From a virus (Duplodnaviria; Caudoviricetes): a stretch of 64,000 nucleotides of DNA. The position numbers and the translations under genes were made by a program. Numbering within the stretch: position 1 is the stretch's first letter; every line of letters begins with the position of its first letter. Under the pieces are notes generated by a model. The model saw nothing but the letters and a program-made list of their open reading frames with translations. It did not search any database and was not told where the DNA came from. The stretch covers positions 4,279 to 68,278 of the IMG/VR virus record IMGVR_UViG_2854727110_000001; one strand, given 5' to 3'. Shown here piece after piece: positions 27,709 to 36,313 of the stretch.

Positions 27709-27957
27709 CTATTGAGCGCCGTCGACGTCGACCATCACGGGCGGCATCGCTACGCCCATCACCCACAGCCGGACGGCGCGGCCGGCGTTCAGCGCGGCCA
27801 GTTCGTCGGCATCAGGGCGCCAGTACGACAGCACGGCCGGCAGGTCACCGACGTGCGTGCGCGTGACCGGCAGCGCGCTACATGGCAGTTCGCCCTGATC
27901 CCAACCTGCAGGTGCGCCGAGCACGTCGGTGTTCGATGGGTGTTGGATTTTTTGCAT
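27709..27957 (-). CDS. Hypothetical phage protein
   Basis: LGAPAGWD...C..LPV...S.WRP..ELAALNAG. Confidence 0.6.
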   Translation of the reverse strand: MQKIQHPSNTDVLGAPAGWDQGELPCSALPVTRTHVGDLPAVLSYWRPDADELAALNAGRAVRLWVMGVAMPPVMVDVDGAQ

Positions 27958-28094
27958 ACTGGCTTTCAATGTGTCACCGCCCGTGCCAAGCAGGGCCGCG
28001 ATGAATTGCGGTGGAGCCTCTTGGCCATGATGCGTCGGTGACTGCGCCCGTTTTTCAAAGCCCTGCCACTGGAGCGCGCTGGCAGTCGCAAGTG

Positions 28095-28409
28095 TCAGTT
28101 GTATGGGATGCCGCCGCGCCGGGCGTGCTTCATCATGGCCAGGTGTGCAGCCTCGGTGCGCTCGCGCATCCAGGCGTCAAAGCCGTCATCAGCGTGGCAT
28201 TGGGCGATGAATACCGACACGCTTCCGTGCGCGGTCTCTGCCAGCGCATCGCCGGTTGCCTCACTGATGAGAATGTGCCCCGCGCGATCTGTCGCGTAGA
28301 CGATGACCTCGCCACGCTCCTCATCGGCCATCGTGCACATGGCGATCGGCGCGCCGTTGAAAAATACCGTAGCCCGGTATGCGTCCGGGTCGCCTACTGT
28401 GATGCGCAT
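28095..28409 (-). CDS. Hypothetical protein
   Basis: AAGGAG SD; ORF in the late leader. Confidence 0.55.
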   Translation of the reverse strand: MRITVGDPDAYRATVFFNGAPIAMCTMADEERGEVIVYATDRAGHILISEATGDALAETAHGSVSVFIAQCHADDGFDAWMRERTEAAHLAMMKHARRGGIPYN

Positions 28410-28418
28410 GAGATCTCC

Positions 28419-28565
28419 TTATGCGGTGAAAGCGTGCAGCGTCGGCTTGGCCAGTGCCCACAGCCAGAGCCAGGCCAGCAGCACGAGCGCGACGATGGTG
28501 CCGCCGATCAGTGCGCCTAAGCACACCAGGGCGATGAACATGGCGCGGAAGTCGATATCGAACAT
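28419..28565 (-). CDS. Small single-TM membrane protein (48 aa)
   Basis: MFDIDFRAMFIALVCLGALIGGTIVALVLLAWLWLW; GAGG SD. Confidence 0.55.
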   Translation of the reverse strand: MFDIDFRAMFIALVCLGALIGGTIVALVLLAWLWLWALAKPTLHAFTA

Positions 28566-28641
28566 GCTGGCCTCAAATAGAAAAGCCGCAAGCGCTGTGA
28601 TGCGGCTGGCGGCGAAACCCGGCGTGCCGGGCAAGGAGAGC

Positions 28642-28715
28642 TGGAGCGGGTGAAGGGAGTCGAACCCTCGTGGAAAGCTTGGAAGGCTTCCGCTCTACCA
28701 TTGAGCTACGCCCGC
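28642..28715 (-). tRNA. tRNA-Gly(TCC)
   Basis: GCGGGCG TA GCTC AATGGTA GAGC G GAAGC CTTCCAA GCTTT CCAC GAGGG TTCGACT CCCTT CACCCGC T CCA; full cloverleaf, one C-A mismatch in the acceptor stem, encoded CCA. Confidence 0.93.
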
Positions 28716-28993
28716 GAAATCTGGTTGCCGGTTACAGCGTCCGGCGCCGAATAGCCACGGTTACAACGCGCGTCGGCTGGGTGATGCATATCCTGCTCGT
28801 GGTTTTGGGCTGATTGATGCGCTAAGGCCTCGCCAGTGCCAAACTACCCGCTGCGCCGATGGCTAAATGCGCGGTAAGTCGCCTTCACATTTGCGCCGCT
28901 TGGCGCTGGGGATGGATTCTGCGCTACTTCATGGTGCACCTCCTTTTCAGGCCTGCGGCGGCATGCTCGCGCGCGCATCCGGCCAGTTCAGAT

Positions 28994-29389
28994 TTATACG
29001 GTGTGAGTACCCTCGACGCCGCGCCGCATCCGTTCGATGGTGCGCTGTTGCAGCCAGTGCTGGGCTTCTTCAATGTGCGTCAGAGCGCAGGCGTTCGCCT
29101 TGCATGCAAACGGCCCGGCTTGGAAGCTGCGCAGGCGGTCGGCCACGATGGCCAGCAATACCTCGTGCGTGACGCCGTTGGCGCCATTCTCGGGAATCGG
29201 GCCATTCTGGAACATGAGTACCAGTTCGGAGTCCGGCGCGCCGACGGTGCTGCACGACACGTTTTTGCTGGCGTCGAAACCACCGATCTCGTAGCGATGG
29301 TTGGCGCCACCACTGCCCGGTGCATCGGTGACGGTGATCGAGATCGTATCGTTCGCAGGGTTGATCTTGTGCTCGTTGATGGTGCGCAT
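28994..29389 (-). CDS. tad1: Tad1-like anti-Thoeris / cyclic-nucleotide sponge protein
   Basis: GSGGANHRY...FQNGP...GV...LLAIVADRLRSFQAGPF.C..NACALTHIEEA..WL..R...R..RGVEGT matches the Tad1 family pattern as I recall it. Confidence 0.75.
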   Translation of the reverse strand: MRTINEHKINPANDTISITVTDAPGSGGANHRYEIGGFDASKNVSCSTVGAPDSELVLMFQNGPIPENGANGVTHEVLLAIVADRLRSFQAGPFACKANACALTHIEEAQHWLQQRTIERMRRGVEGTHTV

Positions 29390-29431
29390 AGCAATCCTTA
29401 TTTGTGCCGCACTGGCCGGGCGGCGTACGGG

Positions 29432-29593
29432 TTATCTGTCGCGCTCGGCTTGCGCCTGACGCTCTGCGGCCACCAAGACCCATCCAAGTTCGCGGCGCAC
29501 CTCTTCGCGCGTGGGGAGCGGCTCGGGCGGCGGCGTGCGGCGCTCCAGGTGGGCGCGGTCCAGGTGGCGAGGTGGTTTGGTGATGTGCGCCAT
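29432..29593 (-). CDS. Small hypothetical protein
   Basis: MAHITKPP...PLPTREEVRRELGW; GAGG SD. Confidence 0.55.
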   Translation of the reverse strand: MAHITKPPRHLDRAHLERRTPPPEPLPTREEVRRELGWVLVAAERQAQAERDR

Positions 29594-29621
29594 GCCGGCC
29601 TCGAAAAGTGAATCGCCAATG

Positions 29622-29647
29622 CAAAAAGCCGACTCAAGGTCGGCTTC
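29622..29647 (-). terminator. Putative tR'-like intrinsic terminator of the late leader
   Basis: AAGCCGAC-cttga-GTCGGCTT followed by TTT on the minus strand, about 170 nt downstream of the putative late promoter. Confidence 0.7.
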
Positions 29648-29814
29648 TATCTGCTCCAGCGCTATCTGCGAAGTGAGCAATATCTACGATTTTCAGGGCG
29701 AGCAGGTCCGGCGCTGGGTCGGGGTGCTGCCGCAAGTTCCGGGTATGGGCGCCCTGGCTTTCACCATGCGTAACGATTCCGGAAGAATTTTACTGAAAAA
29801 CGAGTTAGGCAATA

Positions 29815-29847
29815 ACTATACACGAAATACTGTGTTTACAACCAGTG
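29815..29847 (-). promoter_or_regulatory. Putative late promoter overlapped by a LexA (SOS) box
   Basis: taCTGTgtttacaaCCAGtg (core 29830-29845) fits CTG-N10-CAG; minus-strand -10 TATAGT at 29820-29815. Confidence 0.6.
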
Positions 29848-29861
29848 CACACGAATATTTT

Positions 29862-30392
29862 TCAGTCTGCCGTGCGCAACTTTGCGTTGGCCCGGCGCGC
29901 GTGGCTGTCGCACAACGCCGTCAACTCACTCACCATGTCGAGCGCCAATTTTTTCTCGTACTCGCGCATGCCGGTGATCTCTCCGGTGCCACTGCCCTTG
30001 CAGGCCGTGCACTGGCGGTTACCCATCAGTGCAGTGACGCCAGTTCCCGCGCATTTCTTGCAATGACTATCGAGCCAGTGCGCGAGCGAGGCCTCGGCCA
30101 CGCGCTTGAACAGTGGGTAGGCGAGTTGCAGGTCGGAGGACTTCACCCAGAAGCGCGCCTTGCCCTTCTCGGCCACGGCGGCGATCCAGATGCGCAACAG
30201 CTGCGCCAGGTTCTGCTGATTGCCCTCGAACTGGCGGTTGATCGTGCCGTCGGCGTACTTCACGCGGCACAGCAGCGCGCCGATATCGCCGGCTAGCGCT
30301 GCGGCGGCCAGCGGCTCAGTTTGGTGGTGCAGCGCGTCGTCCAGCAGGTTGGACGATCCGATTGAAGCGATGTAGCGGTCAGCGAATCCCAT
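29862..30392 (-). CDS. Late antiterminator Q-like protein
   Basis: CKKCAGTG...CTACKGSG zinc finger; last gene of the early right operon. Confidence 0.7.
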   Translation of the reverse strand: MGFADRYIASIGSSNLLDDALHHQTEPLAAAALAGDIGALLCRVKYADGTINRQFEGNQQNLAQLLRIWIAAVAEKGKARFWVKSSDLQLAYPLFKRVAEASLAHWLDSHCKKCAGTGVTALMGNRQCTACKGSGTGEITGMREYEKKLALDMVSELTALCDSHARRANAKLRTAD

Positions 30393-30464
30393 GGGTGCCT
30401 TTCATTTGTGAGCCAATGTTAACACCCATTCCCGATTTGAAATAGTGCGTTCTACGATGATTTT

Positions 30465-30890
30465 TCATACCCTCAATACCCCTGTTTTATTGAACTCGCG
30501 GATCGCCGCAAGTGACGCCCGGGAAATGTCAAAATTTGACACCGTGCGCAGGAAAACCATCGTTTTGCCAATGCCCTCGCGCAGCACGCGCATCTCGTCG
30601 CCGTTGACGCCAAAGGTGCCGGTGCGCTGGGCGCGCGCCTGGATTTCGGCGATCGCTTCGACCATGGCCTGAGCCACCGGCAGGATCTCGTGGCCGTCCG
30701 GCGCCGTGCGCCGCGTCATGTCGGCGTTGCTCAGCAGGTCGTAGACGTGCTGCTCCCGAAAGTGGTTTTTGCCCATCGCCTCGCTGGCCTGGAATCCCGG
30801 CATTTCGAAGGCGATGTCCTTTCGCAGCCCGGCCGGCAGCACGGCCGGCTTCTGCACGTACCGCTTGCGCGGCTTCTTGTTGCCGCTCAT
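30465..30890 (-). CDS. Hypothetical phage protein
   Basis: Real start is MSGNKKPRKRY (ATG 30890), overlapping the rusA stop. Confidence 0.6.
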   Translation of the reverse strand: MSGNKKPRKRYVQKPAVLPAGLRKDIAFEMPGFQASEAMGKNHFREQHVYDLLSNADMTRRTAPDGHEILPVAQAMVEAIAEIQARAQRTGTFGVNGDEMRVLREGIGKTMVFLRTVSNFDISRASLAAIREFNKTGVLRV

Positions 30891-31249
30891 GCTGAGCCGC
30901 CGATCTCGATGCGTACCGCGCCCGGCTTGGCGCCGTACTCGCGCCGCAGTGTGACCGGGTCGAATCTGGCATCGTTGACGCCCAGCGCATCGGCCACGCC
31001 ATCCAGCGAAGGCTTCAACGCCGCCAGCAGGTTGTCGCGGTCGCGCGCTCGGCGGTCGGGCTGGATGAATGTGATGGTCAAGGCAATGGCGCCGGCGCTG
31101 ACGACCTGGCCTTGCATCGCGTTTTTCGTGAGAAGCGTGGCGCAGTCGCGCGCCTGCTTGCGCAGCGCCGATGTGGCGCCCCAGTGCAGACCCTTGCTGC
31201 GGTTCGGGTTGAGCTTGGCGCTCGGCCAGGGCAAGGTGAAGGCGATCAT
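30887..31249 (-). CDS. rusA: RusA-like Holliday junction resolvase
   Basis: LPWPS..LNPN...PDRRARDRDNLLAALKPSLDGVADALGVND. Confidence 0.8.
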   Translation of the reverse strand: MIAFTLPWPSAKLNPNRSKGLHWGATSALRKQARDCATLLTKNAMQGQVVSAGAIALTITFIQPDRRARDRDNLLAALKPSLDGVADALGVNDARFDPVTLRREYGAKPGAVRIEIGGSA

Positions 31250-31602
31250 TGGCCAGCCTCCAGCTTGGAGGCCACGGCCAGCGTAAGCGCCATGCGCGTC
31301 GCCGCATCCCGGTCGTCGGCGATGTGGTCGACCGCCGCCCGCGTCGCGCAGTTGGCCCCAGCGCCCCAGCGGCCATACACACTACCCCAGTTGTGCAGCA
31401 CGTCGACCTGGTGGTCGGCTGCCAGCCGCCCGATTGCCGCCCAGTCGCCAGCCCAGTCCGGCACCAGCGCCTGGCCACGGCTTTCGGCCGCGCCCGCCGG
31501 CGGCGTGCCGACCAGGGCGCCGTTCACCTCGGCGATATTGGACCAGCCAAGCAGCTCGGCAAGGCGTTTGTTTGCTGCGATTTTATTTTCTTGATTTTTC
31601 AT
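31246..31602 (-). CDS. Hypothetical nin-region protein
   Basis: NKRLAELLGW...PDWAGDWAAIG.L motif (NinX-like). Confidence 0.5.
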   Translation of the reverse strand: MKNQENKIAANKRLAELLGWSNIAEVNGALVGTPPAGAAESRGQALVPDWAGDWAAIGRLAADHQVDVLHNWGSVYGRWGAGANCATRAAVDHIADDRDAATRMALTLAVASKLEAGQ

Positions 31603-32453
31603 TTTGAGCCTTTTGAGGCGTTTTTTTGATTGCGGATGACCTCGGGTAGCGGGCCGCTATCGTTCGTCGCGTGGCGGCCCGGCACGTGGGCGCGGCGCAG
31701 TATTTGCTGTGGGTCAGAAGCCTGCATTTCGGCGTGCGGATCAATTTGACGCACGCGATCGTTCGTCGCGCGCTTGAATTCGATGTCAGCCAGGCGCTGC
31801 TCTTCGACGGCAGCCAGGCGGGCCGCGTCCTTGGCAGCGGCGGCATCGAGCTGCATCTGCTTGATCTTGGTCAACTGCGCGCGCGCCGCTTCGTCCGGCG
31901 TTGGATCTTTTTTCCCCGCCAGAAGGCCGGCCACGGCCGGTGCGGGCAGCAGTCCCGCCCTCACCGCGCTGTCTAGCACCTCGACGTGCCGGGTCTTGTC
32001 CCATCCCACCGAGGCCACCCACTCGGCCGGGCGCCGCGCCAAGCGTGCAGCCGCCACGATGCGCTCGTACGCTTCCAGGAACGGCTTGCGCGCGCTGATC
32101 GCGCCGCTGGAGTCGAGCACCGGCCGGCAGATCCGGAACGCCTCGGCGATCTCGGTCGTCCAGACCACGCTGGCCATTTCGTCCTGGCTGGTCAGCGCGA
32201 TGGCCCAGGCCTCCTCCGCACCTGGCCGGCCGTCCATGAGCTTGCAGCGCTTGGCGATGCCGGCCGGTACCGGCGCAAACTCACCGTTTTCGTCCTGGTA
32301 GGCCTGCATGGCGGCCTGCACCGTGCGCAGCGGGTAAGGCTCAAGGTTAGCCAGCCAGGCGCGCACCATGGCGGGCTCGGGAAGCGACTTGCCGTAGGCG
32401 GCTAGCGTTTCGGCCAGCAGTTGCATGAAGCGCGGGGTGTCGGCGGCGTTCAT
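31599..32453 (-). CDS. Replication protein (P-like helicase loader/accessory)
   Basis: Directly downstream of the initiator; W...L..YP...V..A...F.P.PA.I...GRPGAEEAW. Confidence 0.6.
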   Translation of the reverse strand: MNAADTPRFMQLLAETLAAYGKSLPEPAMVRAWLANLEPYPLRTVQAAMQAYQDENGEFAPVPAGIAKRCKLMDGRPGAEEAWAIALTSQDEMASVVWTTEIAEAFRICRPVLDSSGAISARKPFLEAYERIVAAARLARRPAEWVASVGWDKTRHVEVLDSAVRAGLLPAPAVAGLLAGKKDPTPDEAARAQLTKIKQMQLDAAAAKDAARLAAVEEQRLADIEFKRATNDRVRQIDPHAEMQASDPQQILRRAHVPGRHATNDSGPLPEVIRNQKNASKGSK

Positions 32454-33361
32454 GCGGGCACCATGTCGATGATGTCGCCGGCCGGCGTGGCGGTGCCCAG
32501 CAACTCACGCATGACCCGCTCGTTCGTCTGCTCGATCGTCTCGCTGCCGGCGCTGGCGCGGGCCTGGCCGGCGTCGTTGCGGATGAAGCGATCGATGTGA
32601 TCAGCATCGCGCAGGATCAGGTCCAAGCCATTGAACTTCGTGTTGCGGTCGTTCTGGCCCATGTTGTGCGGCGTCTTCGCGCAGCCACGGATGGCCCTGC
32701 AGATGTCGGCCGGAGAATAATTTTTGAGCGCCTTGGCGATCAGGCGCTTTCGTTTGCCGTCCAAGGCCGACTTTGGCGAGTCCATGACTTTTTGCCAAAA
32801 CGCGAAGATCGTTTTCACGGGGTCGAGCTGGGTTTGCTCGACAAGGGGGTTTTTCTTCTGCTCTTGTTCCTGTTCTTGTTCCTGTTCCTGTTCTTGGCTT
32901 CGAAGGGGCTTGCAAGGGGCTTCGGAGGGGCTACCGAAATCCCGCATGTTTTTCATGTGAAAAAAGGGGGCATATTTCTCGTAGAAGCCGCGCAGATGCT
33001 CGCTCTCCGGCAGATCGTTGTAATCGTTTTGAATGCCGATGCAGCGCTTGTCGTCCGGCTTCAGTTGGTCGGCGATCTGGTACGCGGCCATTTCGTAGAC
33101 CCAAACTACCTCCGCTTCGTGATCGTAGGCGCAAAACCCGGCTTCAATGGCTCCTTGAAGGCCCTTCGAAGCCCCTTCCATGCCCAGGCCTGTTTCGTGC
33201 GCGACAGTGACGATCGACAGGTAATACAGGCCGAGCATGTTTGAAGTAGGTGCCGACATCAGGTACATGCCGACGACCAACGATTCCATGCCCTGCTTGC
33301 GCAGCGCCTTGCCCGTCTTGCCGATCCAGAATTTAGGGCTGACCTTTGCATAGTCACGCAT
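32450..33361 (-). CDS. Replication initiator (O-like)
   Basis: MRDYAKVSPKFW; EQEQEQEQEQ linker; internal iteron-like repeats. Confidence 0.8.
   Translation of the reverse strand: MRDYAKVSPKFWIGKTGKALRKQGMESLVVGMYLMSAPTSNMLGLYYLSIVTVAHETGLGMEGASKGLQGAIEAGFCAYDHEAEVVWVYEMAAYQIADQLKPDDKRCIGIQNDYNDLPESEHLRGFYEKYAPFFHMKNMRDFGSPSEAPCKPLRSQEQEQEQEQEQEQKKNPLVEQTQLDPVKTIFAFWQKVMDSPKSALDGKRKRLIAKALKNYSPADICRAIRGCAKTPHNMGQNDRNTKFNGLDLILRDADHIDRFIRNDAGQARASAGSETIEQTNERVMRELLGTATPAGDIIDMVPA
32898..32930. repeat. Three 11-bp tandem repeats (putative origin iterons)
   Basis: CTTCGAAGGGG CTTGCAAGGGG CTTCGGAGGGG inside the initiator gene, next to an A/T-rich stretch. Confidence 0.6.
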
Positions 33362-33677
33362 GGCCGCCCTCCTGCGCACGCGCTGCGCCGAACAGTGCAA
33401 CCACCGGTGGCTCACCGTCCAGGCGCGGCTGTGTAGCGATCAGATGCGCCCACGTCTCGCCTGCAAGCACCTTTTCTACGGTGCGTACGTGCACGCCCAT
33501 GCGCGCGGCCAGCGCCCCATTGCTCAAGTTGTCGCGGATGTGGGCGCGCAGGTCCTGGCGCTTTTCCTGCGCCGAGCGAATCTCGCGCACCTGGTCATCC
33601 GTCAGTTTCGTTTGCGAAAGCGCCTGGCCGCGCGGCGCGAACTCATATGCGCGCATCAGGTAGTCATCACGATTCAT
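33354..33677 (-). CDS. Small HTH protein
   Basis: KLTDDQVREIR...LAARMGVHVRTVEKVL...W. Confidence 0.6.
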   Translation of the reverse strand: MNRDDYLMRAYEFAPRGQALSQTKLTDDQVREIRSAQEKRQDLRAHIRDNLSNGALAARMGVHVRTVEKVLAGETWAHLIATQPRLDGEPPVVALFGAARAQEGGHA

Positions 33678-33685
33678 GGCGGCTC

Positions 33686-36313
33686 TCACGATTCACGCTC
33701 CGCATCCAGCGCCTCGAAGTCAAACAGTGTAGGCATGCTCACCTCGCGCTCCATCGCCTGGCAGTAGTGCACTTGGTCGGTGAAATATGCCGGGTTCAGT
33801 TCGCTGCCGGCGCCGCGGCGGCCCAGCTTCATCGCGCGCACGGGCACGGTACCCAGGCCGCAGAATGGGTCGTAGATCACCTCGCCCGGGTTGCTGTAAC
33901 GGCCGATGAGGCGGTCCACAATATCGATCTGAAACGGGCAAACATGCTTTTCGACCGCGCGCGCCGACTGCTCGCCGTTCAAGGTGCGCATGCGCACGAT
34001 GTCGTGCCACACGCCCGGATCGGCGCTGCCCGGCGCCAGGCTGAGATAATCCGCCGGCAAGGCCTTCCCGGCCAGCAGCGCCTCGCCCACCTCGACGTGG
34101 TATTCGTAGTTGTAGACGTTGTCCAGAGACATGCTGGTGAACATCTTGGCCAGCTTGCCCGGGCCAAAGCTGGCCAGCTCGGCCGCGCCCAGCAGGCGAT
34201 CGCCACTGGAGCGCCAGAACGCATGTGCGTCGACCTGCCAGCGCGCGACGCTGTAGCCGGTGCCGGGAATCGGCGCGGCCTTGCGATCAAACGGGATCCG
34301 GTCGCCGGCATCGTCCAAGCACATCGGCTTCGCCTTCGTGACCGGCGTGTCGGCATAGCCGCGCGAGCGGTCCGTCTGCGGTTTGTGGAACAGCAGGATG
34401 TACTCCGGCGAGCCGACGCCCATCTTCGTGCCGTCCTTGCACACCTCGGAATAGCCCAGGCGGTAGGTCTGGTTGTTCTCGCGCACGACGTCGGTCACCA
34501 CCGTGATCATGCCCATGTAGTCGAAGCCGTGCTTGATGCCGTGGAAGATCGCCTCGGCGTGGAACGGGCTGACCGTCGGGATGCCGGCGCCGGTCACGTT
34601 GCCGAAGTTGATGCGGTCCTTGACGTGGCATGCGTAAATGCGGCCCGGCTGCAGGATGCGCAGCAGCTCGGGCGTCAGGAAGTCCATCTGCGCCCAGAAG
34701 TGGTCATTGTCCTGGGTGTGGCCGAAATCGTTGTAGCTGGGCGTGTATTCGTAATGGTTGGCGAATGGAACGCTGGTGATGATCATGCCCACCGAATTGT
34801 CCGGCTGCTGCATGGCTTCCAGCACGCAGTCGTTATTGGCCACCGAGAAACGTTCGCCGGCCACCACCGCGCGCTCGACGCCGATGGTGCGCGCCAGCGA
34901 ATCTTGCATCGACAACTGGTCCAGGCCGTAGTTGCGGATGATCTTGCCCATCGTTTCCTGCATTTCGTCGTGGCGGCGCCATTTCTCCATCAGGTCGGCC
35001 AGCACCTTGCGCTCTACCTCCGTGTGGATGATGTCGATGCGCACGGCGTGCTGCTGCTGGAAGCGCTGGACGCGGTGGACGGCCTGGATAAAATCGTTGA
35101 ACTTGAAGCCGATACCCGCGAAAATCTCACGATGGCAATACACCTGGAAGTTGCAGCCGCTGCCGGCGATGATCGGTTTTGTCGACAGATCCTTGATCTT
35201 GCCGTCGCTGAAGTCAGCGATGCGCTGCTCGCGCTGCTCCAGGTCCTGCGTGCCCCACACGCTGACCACGCCGGGCACGGCCGCCTGGATGGCGTGGCGC
35301 TCGTCCTCCAGGTCGTGCCAGATCAGGAAGTGATCATCAGGATCCTCGGCCATGATCTCGACCACCTTGGCGACGCGCGCGGCCATGCTGTCGCGCTTCT
35401 CGCCGGCGGCGGCCGACAGGCCCATGGCCACGTTCGGGATCAGGAGGCCCTGGCCGTTCTTCTCGGCGCCGGCAGTGTCGTAATTGCTCGGCACCTCGTG
35501 GAAGCGCACGTCCAGCGCCGGCAGGTCGTAGCCTTCGTCCGAATGGCCCAAGTCGCTCGGGCGCTGGATGAAGACGGCCCAGCTGGCAACCCACAGCCAG
35601 AATTCCTGTTCCTTGTGCGGGTACAGCGTCAGGTTGCCGGCCTTCTCGCTGTCGCGCTGGAAAAAGCGCGTCAGGGCCTGGCCCGTGTCCATCACGCCCA
35701 GGAAGCCCGCGTAGTGGATCAGTTCCTTGAAGCGGTTCGGCGACGGCGTGGCCGTGTAGACGAATTTGAACTCGACCTGCTCGAACAGCGGCAGGAACTC
35801 CTGATAGGTCTTGCTGCCGTAGCTGCGCAGCACGCTGGCCTCGTCCAGGCCGACGGCGCGGAACTTGCGCACATCGATCTTGCCCTCGCGCACCGATTCG
35901 TAGTTTGTCAGGTAGACGACGTCCTGGCCGTCGATCTCCGCGTCCGTGCGGATAAACCGCACCTGCACCTCATATTCGCCGGTGAAGCGCTTCGCGGCCT
36001 CGCGGATGAACTCCTGGCGCACGCCGAGCGGCAGCACGATCAGGCGCAGGCCTGGCCGGTGAATGCCGATCTGGCGCATCACCTCCAAGTTGGTCGATGT
36101 CTTGTGCAGGCCGAACGAGGCGAAGATGGCCCGCTGGCCGCCAGCCAAGGCCCAGCGGACGATGTCGCGGGTGTGCGGCTTGAGGCCGGGGTGGATATCG
36201 GCCAGTGGCACGTCGAAGCCTTTGCGCTGCGCCAGCTTGATCTTGGCGCGCAGGAATTCGCTGTACGCGGCTTCTTTCAGGTGTTTTTGCTCTTGCGGGC
36301 TAAAGGCGCTCAT
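33686..36313 (-). CDS. SNF2-like helicase / N4-N6 DNA methyltransferase fusion
   Basis: N-half FGLHKT, LDEAS, TATPSPN, QAVHRVQRF; C-half ITSVPF (motif IV) and YDPFCGLGT (motif I). Confidence 0.85.
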   Translation of the reverse strand: MSAFSPQEQKHLKEAAYSEFLRAKIKLAQRKGFDVPLADIHPGLKPHTRDIVRWALAGGQRAIFASFGLHKTSTNLEVMRQIGIHRPGLRLIVLPLGVRQEFIREAAKRFTGEYEVQVRFIRTDAEIDGQDVVYLTNYESVREGKIDVRKFRAVGLDEASVLRSYGSKTYQEFLPLFEQVEFKFVYTATPSPNRFKELIHYAGFLGVMDTGQALTRFFQRDSEKAGNLTLYPHKEQEFWLWVASWAVFIQRPSDLGHSDEGYDLPALDVRFHEVPSNYDTAGAEKNGQGLLIPNVAMGLSAAAGEKRDSMAARVAKVVEIMAEDPDDHFLIWHDLEDERHAIQAAVPGVVSVWGTQDLEQREQRIADFSDGKIKDLSTKPIIAGSGCNFQVYCHREIFAGIGFKFNDFIQAVHRVQRFQQQHAVRIDIIHTEVERKVLADLMEKWRRHDEMQETMGKIIRNYGLDQLSMQDSLARTIGVERAVVAGERFSVANNDCVLEAMQQPDNSVGMIITSVPFANHYEYTPSYNDFGHTQDNDHFWAQMDFLTPELLRILQPGRIYACHVKDRINFGNVTGAGIPTVSPFHAEAIFHGIKHGFDYMGMITVVTDVVRENNQTYRLGYSEVCKDGTKMGVGSPEYILLFHKPQTDRSRGYADTPVTKAKPMCLDDAGDRIPFDRKAAPIPGTGYSVARWQVDAHAFWRSSGDRLLGAAELASFGPGKLAKMFTSMSLDNVYNYEYHVEVGEALLAGKALPADYLSLAPGSADPGVWHDIVRMRTLNGEQSARAVEKHVCPFQIDIVDRLIGRYSNPGEVIYDPFCGLGTVPVRAMKLGRRGAGSELNPAYFTDQVHYCQAMEREVSMPTLFDFEALDAERES

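Noticed and set aside
30465-31478. 337-aa ORF overlapping rusA
   Set aside because: Only the part from ATG 30890 looks like a real protein; the upstream extension is an alternative frame of two other genes.
32858-32896. Hexamer microsatellite (GAACAG/GAACAA)n as a phase-variation tract
   Set aside because: Encodes the in-frame EQEQEQ linker common in phage replication initiators; the unit length preserves the frame.
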